A program made the translations under genes and the position numbers. 64,000 bases of DNA, taken from Candidatus Zambryskibacteria bacterium RIFOXYD1_FULL_40_13. Its GTDB lineage: Bacteria; Patescibacteriota; Minisyncoccia; Phycocordibacterales; DATDWN01. Positions 8,159 through 18,608 of the stretch are shown here, piece after piece. Numbering within the stretch: position 1 is the stretch's first letter; each line of letters starts with the position of its first letter. The stretch covers positions 73,354 through 137,353 of the forward strand of contig MHWY01000002.1 of NCBI GenBank assembly GCA_001824295.1, written 5' to 3'. Below the pieces are notes generated by a model, which searched no databases, was not told where the DNA came from, and saw only the letters and a program-made list of their open reading frames with translations.

Positions 8159-9238
8159 ATGTCAAAAGATTATTACCAAACATTAGGTGTTGATAAAAAG
8201 GCCTCAAAGGACGATATAAAGAAGGCCTTTAGGACTTTGGCGCACAAGTATCATCCGGATAAGAAGACTGGAGATGACGCCAAATTCAAGGAAATCAACG
8301 AGGCCTACTCCATATTGTCAGATGACAGTAAAAGAGCTCAGTACGACCAGTTTGGGAGCAATTTTGGCGCATCTGGAGGTGGCTATAGCCAGCAAGGAGA
8401 CTTCGGTGGCTTTGATTTCTCTCAGTTTACCCAGGGGGGCAACTCTGGTGGGTTTGAGTTTGATTTCAGTGACTTGTTTGGAAATGCCTTTGGTGGTGGA
8501 CGTCGTCAGCAAGCAAAACGAGGCCGGGACATATCTATTGATATTGAACTTTCATTTGAGGAGTCTGTGTTCGGTGTAGAAAGAACAGTTCTCTTAAACA
8601 AAGTATCAAAGTGTGACAGTTGTGCTGGTTCTGGTGCAGAAAATGGAACTGAGATGATTAAATGCTCCACCTGTAATGGCAATGGTCAAATAAGAGAGGT
8701 CAAGAGAACTTTTTTTGGTCAATTTGAAACAACGAATACATGTGAAGCCTGTCTTGGGAAAGGTAAGATTCCGAAGGCAAAGTGTTCGGCCTGTCATGGT
8801 CAAGGTATTCTCAAGAAAGAAAGCGAAATAAAAGTGAAAATTCCTCCAGGAATAGACAGCGGTGAGATGATGCGTCTAACAGGCGCTGGTGAGGCAGTTT
8901 CTGGTGGGCAAAACGGAGACCTGTATATTAAAATCTATGTAAAGAAACATTCTGTGTTTAGAAAAGATGGGCACAACCTCCTAATGGATTTGAACATCAA
9001 GCTTTCGGATGCACTTTTGGGTGGTGAAGAGTCAGTAAACACCCTAGATGGAGCAATAAAGGTCAAAATTCCAGAGGGAGTAACTCATGGAGAGACGCTT
9101 AGGATCAAGAATAAGGGAGTGCCTTATGAAAAAAACTATCGTGGAGATATTCTTATAAAACTTCACATCTCTTTACCGAGAAAACTATCAAAGGAAGCAA
9201 GGAAAACTATTGAAAATCTAAAGAAGGAAGGAATATAA
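8159..9238 (+). CDS. dnaJ: Chaperone DnaJ
   Basis: J-domain HPD motif, G/F region, four CxxCxGxG repeats. Confidence 0.98.
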   Translation: MSKDYYQTLGVDKKASKDDIKKAFRTLAHKYHPDKKTGDDAKFKEINEAYSILSDDSKRAQYDQFGSNFGASGGGYSQQGDFGGFDFSQFTQGGNSGGFEFDFSDLFGNAFGGGRRQQAKRGRDISIDIELSFEESVFGVERTVLLNKVSKCDSCAGSGAENGTEMIKCSTCNGNGQIREVKRTFFGQFETTNTCEACLGKGKIPKAKCSACHGQGILKKESEIKVKIPPGIDSGEMMRLTGAGEAVSGGQNGDLYIKIYVKKHSVFRKDGHNLLMDLNIKLSDALLGGEESVNTLDGAIKVKIPEGVTHGETLRIKNKGVPYEKNYRGDILIKLHISLPRKLSKEARKTIENLKKEGI

Positions 9239-9288
9239 AAACTAGTTTGGTTCTGTCATAAAATATATCCATTTGGTATAATATTTTT

Positions 9289-9771
9289 ATGTCACAACTA
9301 TTATCAAAGGTTACAAGTGCATTATCAAGCGATATTGTTTTTTTGGCATTTTTGTTTTTGGTATTCTTTATTTGTGTGATGTATTTTGGCAAAAACAAGA
9401 TGGCTACAATGCTCATCGTTTTTTATCCTGCAGTATTTGTATTTGGAAATATTCCGTTTCTAAGTAAATTAGTTTTTATGAGTGGGGAACGCGGAGTTTT
9501 ATTAAGTAAGTTTATTGTGTTTGTGGCGGTATTTGCTCTAATATATTTTGCAGTAAACAAGTATTTCATAACCTTCAACGAGCCGTCTGGTTTTCTTGGA
9601 AAAGCTGGTCTATCTCTGGGTTTACTCATAGCTTTTGTAGTTTTTTCTTATAAAGTTGTTAGTTTGGATTTCATTCATAACTTTTCTGGCTCAGTTGATA
9701 CCATCATAACGGGCGGGAATAGGGAATTTTGGTGGGGAATTGCTCCCCTAGCCATTTTGGCATTTTTCTAG
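9289..9771 (+). CDS. Hypothetical multi-pass membrane protein
   Basis: 160 aa with several hydrophobic helices. Confidence 0.8.
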   Translation: MSQLLSKVTSALSSDIVFLAFLFLVFFICVMYFGKNKMATMLIVFYPAVFVFGNIPFLSKLVFMSGERGVLLSKFIVFVAVFALIYFAVNKYFITFNEPSGFLGKAGLSLGLLIAFVVFSYKVVSLDFIHNFSGSVDTIITGGNREFWWGIAPLAILAFF

Positions 9772-9891
9772 TAAGCCCAACACCACAAGCTTGATTTTTC
9801 CCCAATTTAGGTTTTACTTTAAATCACAAATATATGGCTATAAATAGGTATTAGTTTACCCTTTTCATACCCTAATTTTTGTGTTGTTTCA

Positions 9892-10050
9892 TTGACAGAG
9901 TGGTGCTTAGTGTGATATACTATACCTAACTCAGTAGATCTGAGTTTTTCCGTCAGTTCCAGCTATTTGTTAGCTTCGAGATGGAGGATAAGAGGTAGCT
10001 TACCCCTTAGCTTATCTTGGAGTGAATAAACCAGGTGGAGCAGACCACGA
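9892..10050 (+). promoter_or_regulatory. Promoter (TTGACA...TGnTATACT) and structured 5' leader
   Basis: -35 and extended -10 boxes; hairpins aactcag-taga-tctgagtt and ggtagcttacc. Confidence 0.5.
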
Positions 10051-10101
10051 TAGAATTAACATCTAATTTTAGACTTTATTTTAAATTTTACAGCAGCTGG
10101 T

Positions 10102-10545
10102 TTGTTTATGATTGTTTCGTCTATTACAGGCGTTACAAGTCCGGTCACGGTCACTGAAGTTCCAAGAATGGAAACAAGTGCCGTAAAGGAGATATCTAGA
10201 AAAGAAATTGAAAATATAATGAGTACGGAAGAATATGTACGACAGTACTTTTCTGATATACCTATTATGATTCAAATCGCTAAATGTGAATCAACATTCA
10301 GACAGCTAGATAGAACTGGTGAAGTTCATAGAGGAAGGGTTAACAGTAAAGATGTAGGAGTTATGCAAATTAACGAATACTATCACTTAGACCAGTCCGT
10401 AGATAAGGAACATAATATTTACACCATAGAAGGTAACACCGCATATGCGAGAGACCTATATGAGAGAGAAGGTACAAAGCCTTGGGCCTCATCGAGGGCT
10501 TGCTGGGGTAAATATGAGAACAAGAACCTAGCAATAAATAAATAA
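10102..10545 (+). CDS. Secreted lytic-transglycosylase/lysozyme-like protein
   Basis: IAKCES, DVGVMQIN, GNTAYA, PWASS motifs; hydrophobic N-terminus; start uncertain. Confidence 0.75.
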   Translation: MFMIVSSITGVTSPVTVTEVPRMETSAVKEISRKEIENIMSTEEYVRQYFSDIPIMIQIAKCESTFRQLDRTGEVHRGRVNSKDVGVMQINEYYHLDQSVDKEHNIYTIEGNTAYARDLYEREGTKPWASSRACWGKYENKNLAINK

Positions 10546-10565
10546 CCAAAATCATCAAATGATAC

Positions 10566-10593
10566 ACATAGACCCCGAAAGGGGTTTTTGTGT
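10566..10593 (+). terminator. Intrinsic terminator
   Basis: gaccccgaaaggggtttttg. Confidence 0.75.
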
Positions 10594-10973
10594 TGAAAAT
10601 TATTTTGCTAAATATATTTATACCCACAGTCTGACTAGGCGGGAATAGAAGTGATAGAAAAGTTTTATTAATTTATAGTTATATTTATGTGGGGGATAAT
10701 AATATAAGCGTGTCGCACAATATATCTTTTACATACTTACCACAGAGCAAAGCCTCCAAACAAAAGAAAAAATTATTTAGAGAAAAAACGAGGATGTATT
10801 CCCCATTGGACAGTAAAAGAATTTAACCTGGGTCATTATACGATGTCGTTTTTGTGTCAGAATCCCCTAATTTATGAAATACAGACAAAAAAGGACCAAG
10901 CCACCTTTTTCAATTTTTTCCTACTAGGGGACTCATGTTTTAAGTTTATATGGATTACTTGGTTCGCACTCCC

Positions 10974-12233
10974 CTATTTGGGGTCCACCTTTGATCCAGC
11001 AACGAATCCAGTGGTCCAACACAACTGCAAAGAAAATCCTCCGGACGGTCTTTCTATATGTAAAATATCACCAGTTAGATACAAATTCGGCACTAGTTTA
11101 GATTGCATTGTACGCATATCTACTTCGTCCAAACTAACACCGCCGTCAGCAATAACGGCATTATCAAAACCTTTAAGGCCTGTAATTCTAACTGGCAAGG
11201 CGTTCAAAAGTTTTGAAATTTCTTTGCGAATTTCTTTTGTCACACTATGAGTTTTTTGCTCCGGGTCAAGAGCTGGAAGTAGACTGAGTAGCACCTTACT
11301 CATGCCTTTTGGGGCAATCTCTGCAAAGACATTTTTTAAACTCTTATTTTTATTGTTATCAAAAATTTGAATCATATATTTCTCTAACTCACCAACGCTC
11401 CAATCTGGAAAACAGTTTATACTTGCCGTAACTAGGGCTTCGTGAAGCATGTCACCTACCCGCTTTGAGCTATTCAAAATGGTTGGGCCAGACAGTCCAT
11501 AATGTGTGCATAGTATCGGTCCAGATTTTGAAAAAACCTTTACTCCGTCCAGATAGAAGGTAATCTTGGCAAATTCAAAGGAGTGGCCAGATAAGCTCTT
11601 TATCCATTCATCCTCAACAACCACAGGTACTATAGATGGAGTTGGTGGATAGATTTTGTGCCCCAGATAGCTGAGCCATTTGAAACCATCTCCTGTTGAG
11701 CCTGTTTCACTGTGTGATAGACCACCAGTTGCTACCACAACGGCCCTTGCAACATAAGTTGTTTTCTGCGAGGTGACAGTAAACATTCCATTTGCATTCC
11801 TTTCTAATTTATTAACTGACACTCCTGTTTTAACTAGAACATTATTGTTCTTCATATATAAAACTAGTGCAGACAAAACATCCTCAGCTTTTTCTGTGTT
11901 AGGAAAAACTCTGTTCCTTGCTTGTGTGACTAGGGGAAGTCCAAGTGACTGAAAAAAACTATGTGTTTCTATAACACCAAATTCAGAAAAAGAAGAATAC
12001 AAAAGTTGTTTTGAACTACCATAGTTACTCAAAAGTTTATGGATATCAAATTCAGCGTTTGTTATGTTACAGCGACCACCGCCTGTTATTACAAGTTTCC
12101 TACCAAGAGATTTGTTTTTTTCAAGCAACAGCACAGATAGACCCCGTCCCCCTGCCCTACCAGCAGCAATCATTCCTGATGGGCCACCACCAATGACAAT
12201 GACATCAAATTCAGTATTAATTTGTTTTGCCAT
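10974..12233 (-). CDS. HI0933/BaiN-family NAD(P)/FAD-dependent oxidoreductase
   Basis: GGGPSG, ITGGGRCNITN, THYGLSGP, GGFSLQ. Confidence 0.9.
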   Translation of the reverse strand: MAKQINTEFDVIVIGGGPSGMIAAGRAGGRGLSVLLLEKNKSLGRKLVITGGGRCNITNAEFDIHKLLSNYGSSKQLLYSSFSEFGVIETHSFFQSLGLPLVTQARNRVFPNTEKAEDVLSALVLYMKNNNVLVKTGVSVNKLERNANGMFTVTSQKTTYVARAVVVATGGLSHSETGSTGDGFKWLSYLGHKIYPPTPSIVPVVVEDEWIKSLSGHSFEFAKITFYLDGVKVFSKSGPILCTHYGLSGPTILNSSKRVGDMLHEALVTASINCFPDWSVGELEKYMIQIFDNNKNKSLKNVFAEIAPKGMSKVLLSLLPALDPEQKTHSVTKEIRKEISKLLNALPVRITGLKGFDNAVIADGGVSLDEVDMRTMQSKLVPNLYLTGDILHIERPSGGFSLQLCWTTGFVAGSKVDPK

Positions 12234-12244
12234 TAAGGAAATAA

Positions 12245-12442
12245 CTAATTGAGAAGACCTCTTATGAAATCATCAAGCCATGCGTACAAGGTTTTAAAGA
12301 ATGTGATTGTTGGTTGAATTATCTCTTGTGCTTTGGGTGATTTTACCCACTCAACTAAATCAAAATCTAGGAAATATTTTAGTGCAATTATTGCAATTAT
12401 TACTAATATTATTCGTCCTATAAAACCTTGGTTATTTTTCAT
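12245..12442 (-). CDS. Small membrane protein with pilin-like GF N-terminus
   Basis: MKNNQGFIGRIILVIIAIIAL. Confidence 0.65.
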   Translation of the reverse strand: MKNNQGFIGRIILVIIAIIALKYFLDFDLVEWVKSPKAQEIIQPTITFFKTLYAWLDDFIRGLLN

Positions 12443-12486
12443 AATTTATTGTTTATGTTATATATCTTTTATATTGTACCACCACT

Positions 12487-13779
12487 TTATATTGCTGGAA
12501 AATAAGCCAGTGGATCGAGATATGCCTTGACATCAGCAAGTGGCATTGTTACTTGTTTACAGCCAATACTATTTACATATTTCTCTATACGTACTCCTTG
12601 CGTAGCATAAAGACTAATATGGAGGTGTGGCCCGGTAGAATACCCAGTATTTCCACTATATCCAACTAGGTCTCCAGTTTTCAATCGTTGCCCGACTGAA
12701 CTACTTATAACCGATAAATGTCCATAAATGGTGGATAGGCCGTTATCATGTTTTATCATTACCCATTTACCAAATGAGTAACATCCAGGGTACAAATCCG
12801 TGTTTCCCGTGCCAACCACAACTCCATCTAATACGCTTTTAACTTTAGTACCAACACTTGCTCTAAAGTCAACACCGTTGTGACTTCCTGAAACATAAAG
12901 TTTCTTTGCATCTACAGTTTTACCAAACTTTTGGGTTATATAGACATTGTCCAATGGCCAAGAAATCACACCATGCTTTTCAGCGGGGTACCAACTTGAA
13001 TTTATAGTCATATTAAGCTGGGATTCATATTCATACACCTCTCTTTCAAACTGGGCCTTCTGCTCTTCTCTCGTTTTAACTAATTCCTTAAATGTTTCTT
13101 CTTTATTTTTAGTTTGAGCTAGTAAGGTTTCCTTTTCCTTGGCAGTGTATATTACTGCCTGCTTTTTGCCATTCAAATCCTGTTTTAGGTTTAACAAACT
13201 TGTTTTCTGGCCAGTGAGACTATTTTGTTTTACTTGCATATCGTTCTTCAATACCGCCAATTCCTTTGAGCGTTTCCTAATAACATCTCTTGTTTCCTCT
13301 ATTGAATTGATTTCGTTCCAAATGTCACCCAAATTCTTTTTGGATAGCATAATTTCCACAATGCTTGTTTTTTCAAGCATTTGCGTATCCTGAATTGCAT
13401 CAATTATTACTTCCTTATTAACGTCAATACTATTCTGGGTTTTTTTGATTTCATCACCTAGTTGCTCTATTGTTAGAACTGTTTTGTTTATTTTATTCTC
13501 GGTAAGATTTATATCTGTTCCAATCTTTTTCTTTGTCAGGTCTAGGGTTTTTAGAGTATTTTTCAGGGTTACAGCCTGTTTTATTGAATTATCTACCTCA
13601 ATATTATACTGCCTTATTTCCTCCTCAAGCTGTTTAATTTGGCTAGTTCTTTCTTCAATTTTAGTCACTAAATCGGTGGTGGTATCCTCTGCAGAAACAT
13701 TTTGCACTAAGGCAAGACAAAAAATCACAACTATCAAAAAGGAAACTGTTTGGGTTATCTGTTTTTTTACCTGATTCAT
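12487..13779 (-). CDS. M23 peptidase with long coiled coil (EnvC/CwlO-like)
   Basis: Signal peptide, coiled coil, HNGVDF, YGHLS, STGPHLH. Confidence 0.9.
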   Translation of the reverse strand: MNQVKKQITQTVSFLIVVIFCLALVQNVSAEDTTTDLVTKIEERTSQIKQLEEEIRQYNIEVDNSIKQAVTLKNTLKTLDLTKKKIGTDINLTENKINKTVLTIEQLGDEIKKTQNSIDVNKEVIIDAIQDTQMLEKTSIVEIMLSKKNLGDIWNEINSIEETRDVIRKRSKELAVLKNDMQVKQNSLTGQKTSLLNLKQDLNGKKQAVIYTAKEKETLLAQTKNKEETFKELVKTREEQKAQFEREVYEYESQLNMTINSSWYPAEKHGVISWPLDNVYITQKFGKTVDAKKLYVSGSHNGVDFRASVGTKVKSVLDGVVVGTGNTDLYPGCYSFGKWVMIKHDNGLSTIYGHLSVISSSVGQRLKTGDLVGYSGNTGYSTGPHLHISLYATQGVRIEKYVNSIGCKQVTMPLADVKAYLDPLAYFPAI

Positions 13780-13787
13780 TTTTTAAA

Positions 13788-15242
13788 TTACAATTTTTTT
13801 ATAGCTGTTTGTATGCGAGAAGCCGTCTCTTCTTTCCCAAGAATATAGATAAGGGTGAAGGGATCAGGGCTTTTGTCTTTACCCGACAGGGCAACCCTAA
13901 GTGGCCACAGAACTTCTCCCCTACCCTTTTCAGTAGCATAATCAAACAGTAGTGACTTTATTTTCTCCGTGCTAGTAAACAAATTATCGTCAGCTGACTC
14001 CAGCGTGCTTAGACAAAACTCAAGGTGCATCTTTGCAATTTTTTTATCACTACCCTTCCAACTCAGAAGCTCAGCATTATACTCTGGTGAGTGAAAATAA
14101 TACTCTAACTCCCCTGCCCCAACAAGAGCATCTATGTCTCCCCATTTTGATATATGGTCAAAAATTACGGGACACAGCTTCACTAGAAAACGTTCATCAG
14201 CAGAAATCGAATTACTTTTTAGTCTATTAATAATTTCAGTATTTCTCTCATTTTCAGACATCAGTTTCATATGTTCCTTGTTAAGCCAGTCAAGTTTTGT
14301 ACTGTTCAACTGTGCGCCAGATTTCTGTATTTTTGATATTTCAAAAACTTTTATTAATTCCTCAGTTGTAAATATTTCTTTGTCACCCCCAGGGTTCCAT
14401 CCCAGAAAAGCAAGGAAATTAATCATTGCCACTGGCAAATATCCTTCCTTCCTGTATTCCAAAATATCCTTAGCCCCATCTCTTTTCCCAAGTTTTTTCT
14501 TGCCTCCATCTGCCATAATATGTGGTAAGCACGCATATTCTGGTGGATTTACACCAAGAGCTCCATACACAGAAAGGTACTTTGGTGTTGAGGCAATATA
14601 TTCTTGACCCCTCATGACCAAAGTGACACCCATTTCAATATCATCAACTATGTGTGCAAAATTATATGTTGGATAACCATCACTTTTAATAAGAATAAAA
14701 TCATCAAGCATTTCAGGCCCAGCTGACAAATCCCCAAAAACCATATCGTGCCAGTGGTAGTCTTTCACGGTTGGAACCTTGAAACGCAAAGGCATTGTTC
14801 CATCCCAAGGAGGAGGATTCTGTGGTCTGAATTCACGAAAAAGAAAAGGTCTTTTTTCCTCTTCGGCTTTTTTTCTTAACTCTTCAATCTGCTCTTCACT
14901 TGTGTTATCGGTGTAAGCAAAACCACCATCAATTAATTTTTGTGCGTATTTTTTATACAAATCTAACCTTTCTGATTGTAAATACGTGGCACTCGGCCCG
15001 CCAATTCCAGGACCTTCATCCCAATTTAGCCCAAGCCATTTAAGTGACTCCTGTATGTGCTCGACAGAACCCGAAACCTCTCTTTCCTTATCAGTATCCT
15101 CAATACGCAGAATAAATGTACCGTTATTTTTCTTTGTCCACAGCCAGGCATACAAAGCTGCACGAACATTACCAACATGCATAAAACCTGTTGGGGATGG
15201 TGCAAATCTTGTTACTATTTTTTTGTCATTTATATTTTGCAT
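13788..15242 (-). CDS. gltX: Glutamate--tRNA ligase
   Basis: RFAPSPTGFMHVGN, RIEDTD, KLGKR. Confidence 0.96.
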   Translation of the reverse strand: MQNINDKKIVTRFAPSPTGFMHVGNVRAALYAWLWTKKNNGTFILRIEDTDKEREVSGSVEHIQESLKWLGLNWDEGPGIGGPSATYLQSERLDLYKKYAQKLIDGGFAYTDNTSEEQIEELRKKAEEEKRPFLFREFRPQNPPPWDGTMPLRFKVPTVKDYHWHDMVFGDLSAGPEMLDDFILIKSDGYPTYNFAHIVDDIEMGVTLVMRGQEYIASTPKYLSVYGALGVNPPEYACLPHIMADGGKKKLGKRDGAKDILEYRKEGYLPVAMINFLAFLGWNPGGDKEIFTTEELIKVFEISKIQKSGAQLNSTKLDWLNKEHMKLMSENERNTEIINRLKSNSISADERFLVKLCPVIFDHISKWGDIDALVGAGELEYYFHSPEYNAELLSWKGSDKKIAKMHLEFCLSTLESADDNLFTSTEKIKSLLFDYATEKGRGEVLWPLRVALSGKDKSPDPFTLIYILGKEETASRIQTAIKKL

Positions 15243-15284
15243 TTACTTTATGGACTTTATAAACTTTACAGACTTTCAACTATT

Positions 15285-16424
15285 CTATTTATCATGTTCC
15301 AGGGCAATGGCAACAATCTCTTTCGCTATTAACTTAGCTGAATCTTTTCTTGCAAAATCATTCGCAGATTTTATCATTTTTTCCTTTTCTCCTGGTGTTT
15401 CCAAAATTCTATCAATTTCAGATACAAGGAGACTATCGGCCAAATTCTTCTCTTCTATGACTATTGCTGCGCCGGATCTTGCATAGGAATACGCGTTAGT
15501 CCTCTGGTCGTGGGAGGTCGGTTCTGGGATTGGAATAATAATTGATGGTTTACCCCAAGAAGCAATTTCAAAAATTGTCGAGCCTGCCCTTGAAACGACA
15601 ATATCACAGAGACCAGCAGATGCGCGCAAGTTCAGCAGGTTTAGGTAATCAAAGGGTTTATATCTTTTTCTATCTGTGTTCCCGCGCAGAATGACATCTG
15701 CGACTTCTTGGATTGCCTTAAAGTTATTTTTTCCTGTTTGATGAATTACTTGATACTTACTTAAAAGTCTTGGCAGAGCATCCATGACTACCTCGTTTAT
15801 AAAAACCGCTCCTTGTGAACCGCCAATAATTAGAACAGTAGGAATATCCTCATCTAACCCGAGAATCTCGCCAGCACCAGTGGTTAATGGCTCACGAACT
15901 TCTTTCCTTAGTGGATTGCCTGTATAAGCCACTTTCTCCTTTTTGAAATAATTTATTGCCTCTGGGTAGGATATAGCGATTTTTCTAGCAAATTTACCGG
16001 CCCAGTTGTTAACCTTGCCAGGTGTGCTGTCAGATTCATGAATGACAACAGGTATTCTAAGTATTCTTGCAGCCAAAAGTGTGGGAAAGCTGGCATAACC
16101 ACCCTTACCGAAAACAACGTCTGGATATATTACATAAACTCTCCAGAGAGCATTTATAGAACCAAAAAAAATCTTAAACAAATCAATAAAATTCAAAAAT
16201 AAGTTTTTGATAGAAATTCTTCTTCTAATTTTTCCGGCACTGACAGGAACAAAGGTAATATTGTTTTCAAATAACAGCCCTTCGTTATATGGGTCAGTAG
16301 ACATATAATAAATTTCTGGCCTAAGGAGGTGATTTTCCTTTACCAGCTCATTTATTTCTTCTGCAATTGCAATAATGGGATAGAAGTGTCCGCCACTACC
16401 TCCACCAGTAAGTAATATTTTCAT
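15285..16424 (-). CDS. murG: MurG glycosyltransferase
   Basis: TGGGSGGHFYP, GKGGYAS, GGSQGA, SRAGS. Confidence 0.95.
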   Translation of the reverse strand: MKILLTGGGSGGHFYPIIAIAEEINELVKENHLLRPEIYYMSTDPYNEGLLFENNITFVPVSAGKIRRRISIKNLFLNFIDLFKIFFGSINALWRVYVIYPDVVFGKGGYASFPTLLAARILRIPVVIHESDSTPGKVNNWAGKFARKIAISYPEAINYFKKEKVAYTGNPLRKEVREPLTTGAGEILGLDEDIPTVLIIGGSQGAVFINEVVMDALPRLLSKYQVIHQTGKNNFKAIQEVADVILRGNTDRKRYKPFDYLNLLNLRASAGLCDIVVSRAGSTIFEIASWGKPSIIIPIPEPTSHDQRTNAYSYARSGAAIVIEEKNLADSLLVSEIDRILETPGEKEKMIKSANDFARKDSAKLIAKEIVAIALEHDK

Positions 16425-16427
16425 TTT

Positions 16428-17534
16428 CTACTGTTTAATTAATTTTTGACCTTTGGAAACATTCAAGACAATGCCAACCGCAAATAGAGTCATAAACAGT
16501 GCGGTTCCCCCATGACTTACAAACGGCAAGGTTATTCCAGACAATGGTAAAACACCAACCATTGCCGCAATGTTAACAAATGCCTGGGATACTATCATTA
16601 TAACAATTCCAGAGACCATAAGTCTACCAAAGGTGTCTTGGGTATTTATGGATATTTTCAGCCCTCTAAAAGCAAAAAATATATACAAAAGTATTAAACC
16701 AGCGCCACCAAGAAAACCAAATTCTTCAGAGGCAACGGCAAAAATTGAGTCCCCTATAGGCTCTGGTAGGACATTAAATTTTTGGATGCTTTGCCCAAAA
16801 CCCCTACCCATTAAACCGCCAGAGCCAATAGCGATTAATGATTGCTGGATTTGATATCCACTTCCAAGGGCATTGTCTCCGGGATTGACAAAGGTATTAA
16901 TTCTACTCATCACATATGGTCTCATTAGGGCCAAGCTTCCCACAGCCATTACTGCCACTAGTCCAGATATAAACAAATATTTCCACCCGCCCCCACTTAT
17001 AAGAAAAATAGAAAACCCAGAGATTGCCATAATTACAAAAGTGTCAGTATCTGGTTGTTTCAGTAAAATTGCTCCAACTACGACAATCATTATTGCAAAT
17101 GGCAAGAACCCGTATTTGAAAGTCTTTGTTTTATCCTTAACCCTAGCCATCCAGGCAGAGAGAAAAATAATGAAGCCAATTTTTAGAAACTCTGATGGCT
17201 GAAATGAGATAAAACCAAGGTCTATCCACCGGCTTGCCCCACCGTGAGCTAAGCCAAGTCCAGGAACAAAAACAAGTAATGTGGCAACTATTGAAAACAA
17301 AAAGATAAACAGTGAATATTTTCTGTATATTTTGTAGTTTATTTTAGATGCAACAATGCAAGCAATGACACCCAGGAATAGCCCATAAAAGGTCTGATTG
17401 AAGGACACGTTGGCGTATTTGATTGGCTGTTTAGACAAAAGCCCAAAAGATGCAGAAGTAAAAATTATATAACCAGCTATAACCAGTACACAGATAGAAA
17501 TTAAAAAAGGTATGTCAACTTTAATTTTTCTCAT
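16428..17534 (-). CDS. ftsW: SEDS peptidoglycan polymerase FtsW
   Basis: RWIDLG, FQPSE, QPD, LPFVSHGG; between mraY and murG. Confidence 0.92.
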   Translation of the reverse strand: MRKIKVDIPFLISICVLVIAGYIIFTSASFGLLSKQPIKYANVSFNQTFYGLFLGVIACIVASKINYKIYRKYSLFIFLFSIVATLLVFVPGLGLAHGGASRWIDLGFISFQPSEFLKIGFIIFLSAWMARVKDKTKTFKYGFLPFAIMIVVVGAILLKQPDTDTFVIMAISGFSIFLISGGGWKYLFISGLVAVMAVGSLALMRPYVMSRINTFVNPGDNALGSGYQIQQSLIAIGSGGLMGRGFGQSIQKFNVLPEPIGDSIFAVASEEFGFLGGAGLILLYIFFAFRGLKISINTQDTFGRLMVSGIVIMIVSQAFVNIAAMVGVLPLSGITLPFVSHGGTALFMTLFAVGIVLNVSKGQKLIKQ

Positions 17535-17541
17535 TTGGTTA

Positions 17542-18597
17542 TTAACTAACAAGTGCCAATATTACCCCCATGATTGCAAAAACAACACTTATAATCCAAT
17601 ACCTCATAACAACTTTTTCTTTTGACCAGCCTATGGCCTCAAAGTGATGGTGCAGAGGAGCAACCCTAAATACTCTGTGTTTATTAAAGTGCTTATACGA
17701 AACCATTTGTATAATAACCGAAAGAGATGTAATCATTAAAGGAAAAGCAATTATAGGTAACAACAAAACCGTATCGGTTAAAAAGGCAATAACGGCTAGT
17801 GTAACAGTAAGTCCAAGCATCCCAGTTTCACTCATGTAGAACCTTGCTGGTGGAACGTTATACCAAAGAAAGGCAAGTGTACCCCCCGCTATGACCGCAC
17901 ACAGAGCTGAAATATCTATCTGATTCTGGACAAATGCGATTACTGAATATGCAGTAAAAATTGTAGCCATTACTCCACCAGAGAGACCATCTATTCCATC
18001 TATAACACTTGTTGAAAAGACACCAAGCATAATAATAATGAAAAAAGGAATATACATCATGCCCAAATCAATATCTATCCAGAATGGCATGTGAATAGTG
18101 GTTACTCCAAGCTTAAAATAAAACCAGTAGCTGATAGCTAGTCCGATTATCACTATGCTGGCAATTTTTACCCTTCTATAAACGATATTATCCTTTGCAT
18201 AACTCCCCCTCCCAATAATTTGAAGTATGTCGTCCACTAGTCCTATTAGTGACGCAAGAAGTAGAGACGCTAGTGGAATGAGTGTCTGGCTTCTGCTAAA
18301 AAAATTGAGTTTCTGTGTCAAGTCGTTAGGAACAATTATGTGTAGCAGATATATTAGTGCCACGGTGAGAAGTACTGAGACCCATATTATTACACCGCCC
18401 ACTCTTGGTGTAGATAATTCCCCTTTTGTATTATGAACCTTTGCAAAATCGGGTGTAGTGATATCACCAGCCTCCGTTCGTGGATTTTTCTTCCACATTT
18501 TATATTTGTAAAAATAATGTGTGAAAAAAGGAGTAATCAAAATACCCAAAAAAAATGTAAGAACGGAAGGGACAACTACTTTTATTACATCTATCAT
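17542..18597 (-). CDS. mraY: Phospho-MurNAc-pentapeptide transferase
   Basis: TPRVGG, DD motif, DGIDGL, APLHHHFE. Confidence 0.94.
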   Translation of the reverse strand: MIDVIKVVVPSVLTFFLGILITPFFTHYFYKYKMWKKNPRTEAGDITTPDFAKVHNTKGELSTPRVGGVIIWVSVLLTVALIYLLHIIVPNDLTQKLNFFSRSQTLIPLASLLLASLIGLVDDILQIIGRGSYAKDNIVYRRVKIASIVIIGLAISYWFYFKLGVTTIHMPFWIDIDLGMMYIPFFIIIMLGVFSTSVIDGIDGLSGGVMATIFTAYSVIAFVQNQIDISALCAVIAGGTLAFLWYNVPPARFYMSETGMLGLTVTLAVIAFLTDTVLLLPIIAFPLMITSLSVIIQMVSYKHFNKHRVFRVAPLHHHFEAIGWSKEKVVMRYWIISVVFAIMGVILALVS

Positions 18598-18608
18598 ACT
18601 TAAATAAA

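Noticed and set aside
9930-10050. c-di-AMP (ydaO) riboswitch
   Set aside because: Only short motif fragments, in the wrong order
10600-10800. Possible oriC (AT-rich with degenerate DnaA-like boxes)
   Set aside because: No perfect boxes, no dnaA/dnaN nearby, and the flanking genes converge
10821-10846. dif-like site (minus strand ACATCGTATAA-TGAC-CCAGGTTAAAT) at a convergence of gene orientation
   Set aside because: Spacer is 4 bp rather than 6 and the XerD arm is degenerate; cannot be supported without GC-skew data
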